The notes under the pieces were generated by a model. The model was not told the DNA's origin. It did no database searches and saw only the letters and a program-made list of their open reading frames with translations. Both the position numbers and the translations under genes were made by a program. From assembly GCA_963663545.1 (NCBI GenBank), contig OY760505.1, forward strand, positions 1,312,001-1,376,000: a DNA stretch of 64,000 nucleotides, written 5' to 3'. This document shows positions 19,708 through 29,633 of the stretch, one piece after another; the stretch's first letter is position 1; every line of letters begins with the position of its first letter. Source of the DNA: Candidatus Delongbacteria bacterium (GTDB taxonomy: Bacteria > CAIWAD01).

Positions 19708-20082
19708 TCACGTGTTTCGCTGAATTCCTTTGTGCTGGTGAATTTCCTTCTCCGTCTCTTCGGGGTTGCCGGAATTGTACAGCACAAGGTTTTGTAGGTG
19801 CCCCAGTGTATCAACACTATCCAGACTGAGGAACTCCACGCCAACACCATCATCGTCGAGGCGCACCACTTTTCCTGTGATACCAAGCTGAATGGCGTTG
19901 TCGCCAGTACCCAACTCGAGTCGCAGGTTGCAAGATTCGCCAACGGTGAACTCCTGATCGCAGACCAGGAAGAGTCCGCGAAGGCTCAGATTGCGCATTT
20001 CCCCGCAGGTCTTCTCTTCATTGCCCTCCACGCGAACGGCGAAGTGCAGGGGAACGCGCGTAAACTCGCGTCTGTTGTCCAT
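19708..20082 (-). CDS. Single-domain PilZ protein
   Basis: RxxxR (REFTR) and NxSxxG (NLSLRG) motifs intact; 'GKVVR....GVGVEF'. Confidence 0.85.
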   Translation of the reverse strand: MDNRREFTRVPLHFAVRVEGNEEKTCGEMRNLSLRGLFLVCDQEFTVGESCNLRLELGTGDNAIQLGITGKVVRLDDDGVGVEFLSLDSVDTLGHLQNLVLYNSGNPEETEKEIHQHKGIQRNT

Positions 20083-20091
20083 CCTGATCTC

Positions 20092-20910
20092 CTATTTCAT
20101 CGTGTAATACACAGACCGACCTTCCTGCACGCGCTGGAAGTTCTCATCGATGTTAAGCGTCGTTTCCGCACCTCCCAAAAAGAGCACGCCGTCCGGCTTG
20201 AGCACTTTTCGCATGCGCCCCAGGATGGAACGCTTCATTTCCAAGTCGAAGTAAATGAGCACGTTGCGAATGAAAATAATGTCGAAGGTGGGCAGCGCGG
20301 GCCAGTTGGTCGCCAGGTTCATCTCGCGGAACTCGATGAAGCGCTTGACATCCTCCTTGATGGCCCAGCTGGCGCCGTCCTTGCTGAAGTACTTGATCAG
20401 CAGAGGGGCCGGCAAACCACGGTTGATCTCCAGCTGCGAAAAGATGCCTTGACGAGCGCGAACCACCATGGAGGGCGAAATGTCGGTCGCCAGAATCTTG
20501 ACGCGCCAGTTGGCCAACTGCGGAAAGGCGTCCTTGAGCACCATAGCAATGGTGTAAGGCTCCTGACCGCTCGAGCAAGCCGCGCACCAGATATTGAGGG
20601 TTTTCGGCCCTTCCCGTGCCTCTACCAGACGTGGAAGAACATCCTTTTTCAGCGTCTCGAAAGGATGCAAGTCGCGGAAGAAGGAGGTTTCATTGGTGGT
20701 CATTGCATCCACAACGTCGCGGTGCAATTGCCCAAAGGGCTTCCCACGCATCGTCCGAATCAGCGCGCCCACATCGGGTACGCCCTCGGCTCGCGCCAGA
20801 GACATCAGTCGCATCTCAACCAAGTACTCTTTGCCTTCGTCAAGAACGATCGCAGAGTGCTCACGCACCATCTGGCGCAGGTAATCAAAGTCCAGCTTTT
20901 CCAGTGGCAT
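20092..20910 (-). CDS. cheR: Chemotaxis methyltransferase CheR
   Basis: TTNETSFFRD, IWCAACSSGQEPY, ILATDIS, IFIRNVLIYF. Confidence 0.95.
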   Translation of the reverse strand: MPLEKLDFDYLRQMVREHSAIVLDEGKEYLVEMRLMSLARAEGVPDVGALIRTMRGKPFGQLHRDVVDAMTTNETSFFRDLHPFETLKKDVLPRLVEAREGPKTLNIWCAACSSGQEPYTIAMVLKDAFPQLANWRVKILATDISPSMVVRARQGIFSQLEINRGLPAPLLIKYFSKDGASWAIKEDVKRFIEFREMNLATNWPALPTFDIIFIRNVLIYFDLEMKRSILGRMRKVLKPDGVLFLGGAETTLNIDENFQRVQEGRSVYYTMK

Positions 20911-20911
20911 A

Positions 20912-22087
20912 TCAGTTAAGCCCTCTCAATGACAGGCTCAGGCCTGCTAGTTTTCGTACGATTGTCTGCCCAATTTCCGAAAGCGGCAATACGCTGTCCG
21001 CCAAATTGGCCTCCACAACGGAGCCCGGCATACCCCACACTACACTGCTAGCTTCGTCCTGGGCCAGAATCTCGCCTCCTGCATCGCGTAGCAGGGCGGC
21101 TCCATCACGCCCGTCATGTCCCATTCCGGTCATCACGATTCCCAGCACCCGTGTATTATCCAGCACAGCGGCGGATTCAAAAAGCACATCGGCTGCAGGC
21201 CGGCATGAATTCACCGCGGGTTCCTGCTGCAGGTGCAGCACCAATCCCTCGGGGCGCTCGTGCACTTCCATATGGTAATCGCCACGGGCAATCCAGACTT
21301 CGCCCGGCTTGATCACGGCACCTTCTTCTGCCTCGCGGATGGTCAGCGCACACTTCGTATTCAAACGATCCGCCAGCATCTTGGTGAACATGGGCGGCAT
21401 GTGCTGGACAATCAGCAGCGGTACAGGCAGATTGCCAGGCAACGTAGGCAGAAGCTCGCCAAGCGCATTGGGACCACCCGTCGAGATGCCCAGAACCGCC
21501 AGACCATACCTACCCATTTTCCGCTTGACCGTCGGCTTCGGACGGGGCGACTGTTTGGGAAGGCGCTGGTGGCGCTCCGCAACTTCCACCTTCCGCTCCG
21601 GTAGAGGCGCCTTTGCGGGAGTGAGGGGCGTTTCCGGGCGCTTCAGGGGCGGCGGCGGCGCCACTGGTTGTGGCGCAAAGCGTGTACAAAGAGCGTGGAT
21701 GCGCGGGACCAGTTCCCGGCGCAAATGGCCCATCGACTCCTGGAAATTCTGAAAGCCCTCAGGCTTGGTGACGTAGTCGGAGGCGCCGCGCGAAAGCGCT
21801 TCAATTGTGGCCTCCGCACCACGGCTGGTGAGCGTCGAAAACATGATCACGGGCAATCGCGGCCAGCGACGCTTGAGTTCCGGCAGGGTGGTCAGGCCAT
21901 CCATGACCGGCATTTCGACATCAAGAGTCACCAGGTCGGGCTTGGCCAGCTCGATCTTGCTCAAAGCCACTGCACCGTTCGGTGCTGTTCCAGCGACTTC
22001 AAGGTCCGGTTCCTGCTCGAGAATCATCGTCAGCAGCTTGCGTATGACGGCGGAATCATCGACGATGAAGATGCGCAGTTTTCCCAT
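20912..22087 (-). CDS. cheB: Chemotaxis methylesterase CheB
   Basis: Receiver TLDVEMP; catalytic GISTGG, VQHMP, MTGMGHDG. Confidence 0.95.
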   Translation of the reverse strand: MGKLRIFIVDDSAVIRKLLTMILEQEPDLEVAGTAPNGAVALSKIELAKPDLVTLDVEMPVMDGLTTLPELKRRWPRLPVIMFSTLTSRGAEATIEALSRGASDYVTKPEGFQNFQESMGHLRRELVPRIHALCTRFAPQPVAPPPPLKRPETPLTPAKAPLPERKVEVAERHQRLPKQSPRPKPTVKRKMGRYGLAVLGISTGGPNALGELLPTLPGNLPVPLLIVQHMPPMFTKMLADRLNTKCALTIREAEEGAVIKPGEVWIARGDYHMEVHERPEGLVLHLQQEPAVNSCRPAADVLFESAAVLDNTRVLGIVMTGMGHDGRDGAALLRDAGGEILAQDEASSVVWGMPGSVVEANLADSVLPLSEIGQTIVRKLAGLSLSLRGLN

Positions 22088-22088
22088 G

Positions 22089-22460
22089 TCAGCCTACATT
22101 GATGCCCAGGAGCGCCAGCTTCTCAACCAGTGCTTCTTTGGTGAACGGCTTCATAATGTACTCGTTGGCTCCAGCTTCCAGAGCCTCAACAACACTCTCG
22201 ATCTGGTTGACCGAGGTCACCATGATCAGCATCATCCCCGCTTGTTCGGGACGCGAGCGTGCCGTGCGGACAAAGGTGATTCCGTCCATCACAGGCATCT
22301 GCCAATCCACCAGAGCGAAGTCGAAGGTCCCCTCTTTCTCGAGGGCGGCAAGGGCGTCTTCTCCGTGTTCGGCCTTTACCGTTTCGACCCCAAGCTCCTC
22401 CATGATCTTGCCTAGCAGCATGCGCATGGAGGACGAATCATCGATAATCAGCGCTTTCAT
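22089..22460 (-). CDS. CheY-like single-domain response regulator
   Basis: IIDDS, VDWQMP.MDG, GANEYIMKPF. Confidence 0.9.
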   Translation of the reverse strand: MKALIIDDSSSMRMLLGKIMEELGVETVKAEHGEDALAALEKEGTFDFALVDWQMPVMDGITFVRTARSRPEQAGMMLIMVTSVNQIESVVEALEAGANEYIMKPFTKEALVEKLALLGINVG

Positions 22461-22480
22461 TCGTGGTCCATCCCTTGCCG

Positions 22481-22897
22481 TTAATCCAGCTGCACCACCT
22501 TGTCCGTGTCTAGGACAAGGAGAAGCTTGCCGGCCAGTTTATGCGAACCCGTAATCAGCCCGCGGCTGGTTTCATCGAGAGTTTCAGGCGGCTCTTCGAA
22601 ACTGTCCGCTTGCACCTCAACCACGTCGCTGATCTCGTCGACGAGCAGACTCACAACCGAATCACCGGAACGCACAACGACGTTCATCGGCAGTTTTCCG
22701 TCCGCCCGCTCCGGCATCTTGAGACGCCGCCGAAGGTCCAGTGCCGTAACGATCTGCCCGCGCAGATTGATCAGCCCCTGTATCACCTCCTGGGCCAGTG
22801 GGACCCGGGTCATCTTCTGATACCTGATCACCTCCTGGACCTGTGTCACATTGACGCCGAAGAAGTGCTTGCCCAGGTAGAATGTGCAGTACTGCAT
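22481..22897 (-). CDS. cheW: Chemotaxis coupling protein CheW
   Basis: VQEV, TRVPLA...I.GLINLRGQIV, LLVDEI.DV. Confidence 0.95.
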   Translation of the reverse strand: MQYCTFYLGKHFFGVNVTQVQEVIRYQKMTRVPLAQEVIQGLINLRGQIVTALDLRRRLKMPERADGKLPMNVVVRSGDSVVSLLVDEISDVVEVQADSFEEPPETLDETSRGLITGSHKLAGKLLLVLDTDKVVQLD

Positions 22898-22924
22898 TGT
22901 CTGCTCCTGTCGATCTGATCCGTG

Positions 22925-23392
22925 TTACAGGATCTTCATCGAAACTTCCATGACGAAGCGATGCTTGCCGATGTCGAAGGGGATCACCATGACCGGGACA
23001 TCACGCTTCGTGCCCAGACTATGCCCCTTGCCGACAACCACCGTCGGAATGGAGATATTGAAAGTCAGTCCATCGTTGGCCAGCTCACTCTTGGCGCCAC
23101 CGGCGACAATGTTGGCCAACTCGCCCACTACATCCTGCACTTCATCGGTGAGCCGGTACACCTTCTCGCCCATCATGAGGCTGTAGATGCGCAGTGCAAC
23201 TGGCGTCGGGAAGCTGATGGCCACCGAGCCACGAACCTTGGCACCGGCAAAGCCGATGACGGCCGAGATGTCACCCTGCGTCAGGTTTTCATTCTTCAGA
23301 TAGGGTGTGCCGCGCACCGGAGATACTTCCAGCATGGTCTCCAGTGCATTCACCATTGCGCTTACGAAAGGATTGATCAGACGTGCGTCCAT
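22925..23392 (-). CDS. cheX: CheY-P phosphatase CheX
   Basis: INPF, D..GELANIVAG (ExxN), ISIPTVV.G. Confidence 0.9.
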   Translation of the reverse strand: MDARLINPFVSAMVNALETMLEVSPVRGTPYLKNENLTQGDISAVIGFAGAKVRGSVAISFPTPVALRIYSLMMGEKVYRLTDEVQDVVGELANIVAGGAKSELANDGLTFNISIPTVVVGKGHSLGTKRDVPVMVIPFDIGKHRFVMEVSMKIL

Positions 23393-23415
23393 GATGCCTC
23401 CAAGCAGGATCCGTT

Positions 23416-23772
23416 TTAATCGACCAAAGCCTTGACCTTGGCGGCCAGCACGTCTTTGGTGAAGGGCTTGACGACATAGTCATTCACGCCCACCTTCAGG
23501 GCTTCCATTACTTCATCCTTGGCACCTTCAGAGGTAACCATGATGATGGGCAAACCCTGACGGCCCGGGTCTTCCCGAATGCTTTTCACCAGAGTAATTC
23601 CGTCCATGCCGGGCATATTCCAGTCGGTCAGCACCAGATCAACACCGTCGAGCTTCTTCAGCGCTTCCAGTCCATCACCAGCCTCGTCGATGTCCTCATA
23701 GCCTGCTGCTTTCAGACTGTTGGCAATGATGCGCCTCATGGTGGTGGAGTCGTCAACAACAAGAATCTTCAT
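23416..23772 (-). CDS. cheY: Chemotaxis response regulator CheY
   Basis: VVDDS.TMRRI, TDWNMP.MDG, MVTSE, YVVKPF. Confidence 0.9.
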   Translation of the reverse strand: MKILVVDDSTTMRRIIANSLKAAGYEDIDEAGDGLEALKKLDGVDLVLTDWNMPGMDGITLVKSIREDPGRQGLPIIMVTSEGAKDEVMEALKVGVNDYVVKPFTKDVLAAKVKALVD

Positions 23773-23799
23773 GTCTACACCTTTATTCCGGGTTCAAGT

Positions 23800-26328
23800 T
23801 TACTGAGCCATGTGTATCACGGTCTCGATATCGAGCAGCTCGGTGATACGGTCCTGCACGACGATTACGCCAAGAACTCCAGCGCGTGTTGCATCGCGCT
23901 TGATCGTGACGTTTTCTTCGGCGATATCGAGAATCTCGTCCACAACAATACCATAGCTGCGGCCCTCTGTCGAATAGACGACTACCTGCAGCATGTTTCC
24001 GCGTACCTTCTCGGTGTTGCCTGCCACGGCACCCTGACGACGCTCGCCGGTTTCGTTCGGCGGAATCTCGCCATGTCCGCGGCGCTCAGGCAGAATCTCG
24101 CTGGGCTTGAGCAAGGGCAGAATTTTCTCGCGGTACTGTATCACATCACCATCGCCGGTGTGTTCCACCTTGGATACCTCAAACTCTTCCAGACGATCCA
24201 CCTGGTCCAGAGCGATAGCCATGCGGTTGTGACCAACGCGGAAGAGCAGCAGCGTCTCGCTGTCGTCGGCCACTTCTGCAGCATGCGCCTGGGCATCTGC
24301 ACGCACCTTGGCCGAAATATCGCTGACAACGTGGGAACGCTGCGCCAGGCCAAGAACATCAATGATCAGAGCCACCGAGCCATCGCCCATGATCGTAGCA
24401 CCGGCGAAAGTCGGAATGTTTTTCAAGGTCGAACCCAGCGGCTTGACGACAATCTCTTCGGTGTCAATCACCTCGTCGACAACCAATCCAAACTGACGAT
24501 CGTCGGCTTGTAGCACGACAATGTTCAGCGTCTTCTTTGTATCACCGTGTTCCTGGAAAATATTCAGTTCCTTGTCCAGGAAGACCAGCGGCAGCAACTT
24601 ACCGCGCAGGCGGTAGACGGGCGCACCGTTGATGGTCTCAATGTTGTTGGCTTGCTCGCCTTCAAGACGCACAAGCTCAAGCAGTGCAGCCTGCGGCATG
24701 GCGAATCGCATACCAGCGCAACGGACCACAAGAGCCGGAATGATGGCCAGGGTCAGCGGAATTTTAATTTTGAGCCGTGTGCCGTTGCCAGCGCGACTGG
24801 ACAAGTCAACCATACCACCGATCTTCTCGATGTTGGTTTTAACTACGTCCATACCCACGCCGCGACCGGAAACATTGGTCACCTGCTTGGCTGTCGAGAA
24901 CCCGGGCAGGAAGACCATGTTCACCAGCTCGTGATCCGACATGCGCTCGGCGTACTCCGGTGTTACAAGCCCACGATCAATGGCTTTTCGTCTCACGGCT
25001 TCGGCATCGATGCCGCCACCGTCATCCAGGATTTCAACGTTGACCTGTCCACCTTCGTGATACGCCAGCAGTTTGACGACACCTTCTTCGGGCTTGCCAT
25101 TGGCACGTCGTACTTCGGGGCTTTCGATTCCGTGATCCACGCTGTTGCGCACGATGTGCGTCAGCGGATCCTTGATGGCCTCCAGCAGAGTTTTGTCCAG
25201 CTCGGTGTCTTTACCCTCCATCTCGAGGCGCACCTTCTTGCCGCAACTCATGCTGAGATCGCGTATCACGCGGGGGAACTTGTTCCAAACATTACCAATG
25301 GGCTGCATGCGCGTTTTCATCACGCCTTCCTGCAGCTCGGTGGTAATCAGATTCAAGCGCTGGAACACGGCGTTGTAGGTATTGTCCTGAATCTTGTCGC
25401 TGTACTGCATCACCTGGTTGCGAATCAGCACCAGCTCACCGGCCAGCGTCATCAGCTTGTCCAGATGATTCACATCGACGCGCAAGGTTGTGTCGGCAAC
25501 GGAGGTTGTCGTGCGTGAGCGCACCTGCGACTGCTCGTTGAGCTTCTCCTTCACTTGGGCAGGTTGCACCTTGGCCTGGTCCACGAGAATTTCACCGATG
25601 TGCCGTGGATCGCCCTCGGCCTGCTGCGCCAGTGCCTTCTCGACATCCTCTTCGCGGGCCAATCCTTCCTTGACAAGCAAGCTGCCCATTTGATCGGGCT
25701 CAAGCTCCGGTTGCGCCTTGATGGCCTCGGCCAGTGCAGCAACGGCGCTCTCGTCCAACTGGACCGGCGGGGCCAGCTCCTCAGCGGCTTCGGCGGCCTC
25801 TTCCTCGTCGTCGGCTTCCTCTTCAACGGATTCTTCCGGCTGAGGTGCAGCAGCGGCCTCCGGCGTCGGAGCGGCAACAACAGGCTCTTCTGCCTTGGCA
25901 ACCGGTGCGGCAACGGCAGCGCCGTCGTCCTGCGGGCGCTCCGTCAATTCCATCAGATGGTCGATCAGAGTCGAATAGTCCGCATCGCCTTCGCAGCCAT
26001 CTTCCTCAATGTGACCCAGAATGGTCCGAACCGCATCGACCATCGACAGCAGAGCGCTGGTGATCTCGGCAGTCAGACGCTTCTTGCCTTCGCGCAGCAA
26101 GCTGAGCAAGTTCTCACCCTTGTGGGCCACGGACTCAAGTTTGCTGAAGCCAAAGAAGCCACTCGTACCCTTGATGGTGTGAATGGTGCGGAAAATGCCG
26201 GCCAGAATTTCCAGGTTGTCCGGCGCTTCCTCAAGGGTGACAAAGTCCTGATCGAGCTGATCCAAATTCTCATAGCTCTCAACAAGAAATTCCTTGAGGA
26301 CGTCTTCCATACCTTCAAGATTGCTCAT
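23800..26328 (-). CDS. cheA: Chemotaxis histidine kinase CheA with two C-terminal CheW domains
   Basis: Hpt IFRTIHTIKG; HIVRNSVDHG, DDGGG, PGFSTA, SGRGVGMDVV; two CheW-like domains. Confidence 0.95.
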   Translation of the reverse strand: MSNLEGMEDVLKEFLVESYENLDQLDQDFVTLEEAPDNLEILAGIFRTIHTIKGTSGFFGFSKLESVAHKGENLLSLLREGKKRLTAEITSALLSMVDAVRTILGHIEEDGCEGDADYSTLIDHLMELTERPQDDGAAVAAPVAKAEEPVVAAPTPEAAAAPQPEESVEEEADDEEEAAEAAEELAPPVQLDESAVAALAEAIKAQPELEPDQMGSLLVKEGLAREEDVEKALAQQAEGDPRHIGEILVDQAKVQPAQVKEKLNEQSQVRSRTTTSVADTTLRVDVNHLDKLMTLAGELVLIRNQVMQYSDKIQDNTYNAVFQRLNLITTELQEGVMKTRMQPIGNVWNKFPRVIRDLSMSCGKKVRLEMEGKDTELDKTLLEAIKDPLTHIVRNSVDHGIESPEVRRANGKPEEGVVKLLAYHEGGQVNVEILDDGGGIDAEAVRRKAIDRGLVTPEYAERMSDHELVNMVFLPGFSTAKQVTNVSGRGVGMDVVKTNIEKIGGMVDLSSRAGNGTRLKIKIPLTLAIIPALVVRCAGMRFAMPQAALLELVRLEGEQANNIETINGAPVYRLRGKLLPLVFLDKELNIFQEHGDTKKTLNIVVLQADDRQFGLVVDEVIDTEEIVVKPLGSTLKNIPTFAGATIMGDGSVALIIDVLGLAQRSHVVSDISAKVRADAQAHAAEVADDSETLLLFRVGHNRMAIALDQVDRLEEFEVSKVEHTGDGDVIQYREKILPLLKPSEILPERRGHGEIPPNETGERRQGAVAGNTEKVRGNMLQVVVYSTEGRSYGIVVDEILDIAEENVTIKRDATRAGVLGVIVVQDRITELLDIETVIHMAQ

Positions 26329-26508
26329 GGGGGTTACTCCCGGATTGCATTCTGCGAATGATGACGCAAACGTTATGCATAGTTGTCGGTATTGCGCACA
26401 GGTCTCTTTACTTACACACCGTGAAAGGAAACTCCGTTGTTATTTTTTCTAAAAAAGCTCCGCGTTGAGCGCTGTTGAATCGAGGTCGGAGTTGCATAGG
26501 TTTGCATC

Positions 26509-26527
26509 ATTTGCATATTTTGCCAAT
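26509..26527. promoter_or_regulatory. Candidate ArsR operator (imperfect inverted repeat)
   Basis: ATTTGCATATTTTGCCAAT matches its reverse complement at 14/19 positions and lies just upstream of the arsR SD. Confidence 0.5.
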
Positions 26528-26545
26528 TGTACAATCGGAGACAAC

Positions 26546-26863
26546 ATGGACATCGCTTCCCTGCAGAATCAGGCGCAGGTATTCAAAGCCCTCGCACATC
26601 CCCTCCGGCTAAAGCTCCTGCTGCAGCTTGGTGAGGGGGAGCGCTGCGTAGCTGAATTGGCACAGGATAGCGGAGTGGATTTGAGCACACTCTCGCGGCA
26701 TCTCACACTTCTAAAGCAGACCGCCTTGGTTGCCGATCGCCGCGAAGGAAAATGGATCTACTACCGGCTGCTGGCTCCCTGTGTGCTGGAGTTTGTCTCG
26801 TGCCTTGCTGCGCGATCAGGTCCAGGCTGCGCCTGCGAGGAGGTCAAGCATGAGTTGGCGTGA
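26546..26863 (+). CDS. arsR: ArsR/SmtB-family repressor
   Basis: FKALAHPLRL, CV.EL, STLSRHL..L, REGKWIYY; C-terminal Cys residues; SD GGAG. Confidence 0.9.
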   Translation: MDIASLQNQAQVFKALAHPLRLKLLLQLGEGERCVAELAQDSGVDLSTLSRHLTLLKQTALVADRREGKWIYYRLLAPCVLEFVSCLAARSGPGCACEEVKHELA

Positions 26864-28151
26864 AGAGTGGCGCAAGCTGGCCTGGCTGCTGGGCGGCTTT
26901 CTTGTGCTATACAACCTGCCCGTCGGCACACTGCGCTTCGACAATGCGATCCTTGAAGCCTTTCATTTAGTGAAATGGTACGCGCGTGAGCATGTGCTGC
27001 TCTGCCTAGTACCCGCCTTCTTCATCGCTGGTGCCGTCGGCGTCTTTGTCAGCCAGAATTCGGTGATGCGCTACTTGGGCGCCAAAGCGAACCGCGTTCT
27101 GGCCTACGCTGTTGCCTCGGTCTCGGGCAGTGTGCTTGCGGTCTGCTCCTGCACTATTCTGCCGCTCTTCGCCGGCATCTATCGTATGGGAGCCGGACTG
27201 GGCCCCGCTTGCGCCTTCCTTTACTCAGGTCCGGCCATCAACATTCTGGCGATGATCCTGACGGCGCGAATTCTGGGTTTGCAGCTCGGCATTGCCCGCG
27301 CACTGGGAGCCGTGCTTTTCTCCGTTCTCATTGGCCTGCTGATGCAGTGGTTCTTTCGTCACGAAGAAAACGAACGCATGGCCGTGCAGGCACAAATGCC
27401 GCAAGAAAGGCCTCGCCTGCGTCTCTGGCAGACCTCGCTCTACTTCGCCTCAATGGTGGGTATCCTGGTGTTTGCCAATTGGGCGCCTGCACAACAAGAC
27501 AGCGGTTTATGGTTTGGCATTCACCATCTGAAATGGCCCATAACCGCGGGGTTCGGACTTCTACTGGCATGGCTGCTGCTGCGCTGGTTTGATCTGCCCT
27601 GGTGGAAGCTGGCGCTGATCATTCTACCTACTGCGGCTCTGGCGCTGCTGTTACCCGGACACCCGCTATACGCCTTCTCGTTAGCGATCCTCGGTCTTTC
27701 ATGGATCACAAGTCGCAGTGAAGGTGAGAGCGGAGAGTGGTTCCGCACCAGCTGGGAGTTCGCTCTGCAAATTCTACCGCTGCTGCTTTTCGGCGTGCTG
27801 ATCGCCGGACTGCTGCTGGGTCGCGTCGGCCAGCAGGGACTTCTTCCCCCACAGTGGATCACGAACGCAGTGGGTGGGAACTCGCTGATGGCCAATTTCT
27901 TCGCCTCCTTCGCGGGCGCTTTCATGTATTTCGCCACACTGACCGAAGTCCCCATTTTGCAGGGGCTCCTGAGCAACGGCATGGGTAAAGGTCCAGCTCT
28001 GGCGCTGCTGCTGGCTGGACCGGCGCTCAGCCTGCCCAATATGCTCGTGATACGCAGCGTCCTTGGAACAAGGAAAACAGCAGCCTTTGTCAGCCTTGTG
28101 ATCCTAATGGCGACCATCAGCGGATGGCTTTTCGGTTTGATTACAAACTGA
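26850..28151 (+). CDS. ArsP_1/DUF318-family permease
   Basis: SD GAGGAGG; HVLLCLVPAFFIAG, LAVCSCTILPLF, FLYSGPAINI, MYFATLTEVPI, LLAGPALSLP. Confidence 0.85.
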   Translation: MSWREEWRKLAWLLGGFLVLYNLPVGTLRFDNAILEAFHLVKWYAREHVLLCLVPAFFIAGAVGVFVSQNSVMRYLGAKANRVLAYAVASVSGSVLAVCSCTILPLFAGIYRMGAGLGPACAFLYSGPAINILAMILTARILGLQLGIARALGAVLFSVLIGLLMQWFFRHEENERMAVQAQMPQERPRLRLWQTSLYFASMVGILVFANWAPAQQDSGLWFGIHHLKWPITAGFGLLLAWLLLRWFDLPWWKLALIILPTAALALLLPGHPLYAFSLAILGLSWITSRSEGESGEWFRTSWEFALQILPLLLFGVLIAGLLLGRVGQQGLLPPQWITNAVGGNSLMANFFASFAGAFMYFATLTEVPILQGLLSNGMGKGPALALLLAGPALSLPNMLVIRSVLGTRKTAAFVSLVILMATISGWLFGLITN

Positions 28152-28172
28152 TGTGATACAAAGGAGAATGCA

Positions 28173-28412
28173 GTGAAAATTCAGATTCTAGGCACCGGTT
28201 GCCCAAAGTGCAACAAACTGGCAGAGCTGGCCGGGCGTGCGGTGATCGAGCTGGAACTTGATGCACAGATCGTCAAGGTCAGCGACATCAACGAGATCCT
28301 CTCCTTCGGTGTGATGAGTACGCCAGCGCTGGCAGTGGACGGCAAAGTACTGCTGGTTGGCAAGGTGCCCACTTATCCCGATTTGAGTAGAATGCTAAGC
28401 GAGCAGCGCTAA
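28173..28412 (+). CDS. Small thioredoxin-like protein (MTH895/ArsE family)
   Basis: GTG start after AAGGAG; ILGTGCPKC, GVMSTPALAVDG. Confidence 0.85.
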   Translation: MKIQILGTGCPKCNKLAELAGRAVIELELDAQIVKVSDINEILSFGVMSTPALAVDGKVLLVGKVPTYPDLSRMLSEQR

Positions 28413-28421
28413 GGAGGGAAT

Positions 28422-28883
28422 GTGATACGTCGCCTGCTGACAATCCTGCTGCTGGTCTTCGTGGCACTTGGGCTGAGCTGGTCCTTCTTGTTCGACGGTG
28501 GATCGCCAACTCCCGAATCTGGTGATACAGCCACGACATCCGCGGCCCTCACGGCTTACTACTTCCACGGCAACTTCCGCTGTACAACCTGCAGAACCAT
28601 CGAGTCCCTGACTCAACAGACGCTGGCCGATTCCTTTAGTGTAGAGCTGGCGGAAGGCCTGTTGTCCTTTCAGCCGGTGAACACAGATTTAGAGGCCAAC
28701 GCCCACTTCGTCAACGATTTCGAGCTCAGTAGTGGATCTGTGGTATTGGCCCGTCGTGATACAAATAGTACCTGGATCTATCGGCGATTGGATGATGTCT
28801 GGAACCTGGTGAACGACGAGGAAGCCTTTCGCGCCTACATCTGGACCGAAACCAGCGACATGCTGTCCGGGCAGAATTCATGA
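28422..28883 (+). CDS. ArsF-family periplasmic thioredoxin-like protein
   Basis: GTG after AAGGAGG; signal anchor; YYFHG..RC.TC..IE. Confidence 0.75.
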   Translation: MIRRLLTILLLVFVALGLSWSFLFDGGSPTPESGDTATTSAALTAYYFHGNFRCTTCRTIESLTQQTLADSFSVELAEGLLSFQPVNTDLEANAHFVNDFELSSGSVVLARRDTNSTWIYRRLDDVWNLVNDEEAFRAYIWTETSDMLSGQNS

Positions 28884-29575
28884 GTGCACTCTGGCCTGCC
28901 ATTCTCAGCGCAATCTGGCTGGGAGTGCTGACTGCGATCAGCCCATGTCCGATGGCAACAAATCTGGCGGCCGTGGCTTTTGTGTCACGCCGTATGGATC
29001 ATCCACGGGCTGTGATTCATGCGGGCCTGTTGTACACACTTGGGCGCAGTCTGGCCTACACTGTGCTGGGCTGGCTGCTGGTGCAAGGGTTGATGGCGGC
29101 TCCCGGTGTATCACATCAACTGCAGCAAGTCATGAATCGTCTTCTTGGACCGCTGTTGATCCTTGTCGGAATGCTGCTTTCCGGCTTGTTGCGAGTAGGG
29201 TCCGGCAACGGCCAGAACCTGTCAGCTCTGCAGAACCGGGTTGAACGCTGGGGACTGTGGGGAGCAGGACTGCTTGGTTTCCTCTTTGCGCTGAGTTTTT
29301 GCCCCACCTCCGCCGCGCTCTTCTTTGGTAGTCTGATACCTCTTGCCTTGCAGCAAGAGTCACCCCTTGTGATTCCACTGCTCTACGGCACCTTTACCGG
29401 ACTTCCCGTACTGGTTTTTGCGCTGCTGCTCTCGCTGGGTGGACAAACGCTGACTCGGACCTACAGCCGTATCACGGCACTCGAACCCATCGCGCGGAGA
29501 CTGACGGGTACCCTGTTCATCGTTGTGGGTGTGTACTTCACGCTGACCCATGTTTTTGCCATCCGGCTCTGGTAA
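28880..29575 (+). CDS. ArsG-family (CcdA/DsbD-like) membrane protein
   Basis: LG.LTAISPCP.ATN, YTLGR, FALSFCP.S..LFFG.LIP. Confidence 0.8.
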   Translation: MSALWPAILSAIWLGVLTAISPCPMATNLAAVAFVSRRMDHPRAVIHAGLLYTLGRSLAYTVLGWLLVQGLMAAPGVSHQLQQVMNRLLGPLLILVGMLLSGLLRVGSGNGQNLSALQNRVERWGLWGAGLLGFLFALSFCPTSAALFFGSLIPLALQQESPLVIPLLYGTFTGLPVLVFALLLSLGGQTLTRTYSRITALEPIARRLTGTLFIVVGVYFTLTHVFAIRLW

Positions 29576-29633
29576 GAAAGCAGGGCGCTATTACCGATAA
29601 CTCCGTAATGTTCATACCGAACCGGAGGCTCCC

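Noticed and set aside
19798..26361. Long plus-strand ORFs opposite the che operon (e.g. 19798-20919, 24547-25518, 25555-26361)
   Set aside because: Shadow ORFs of well-supported minus-strand che genes
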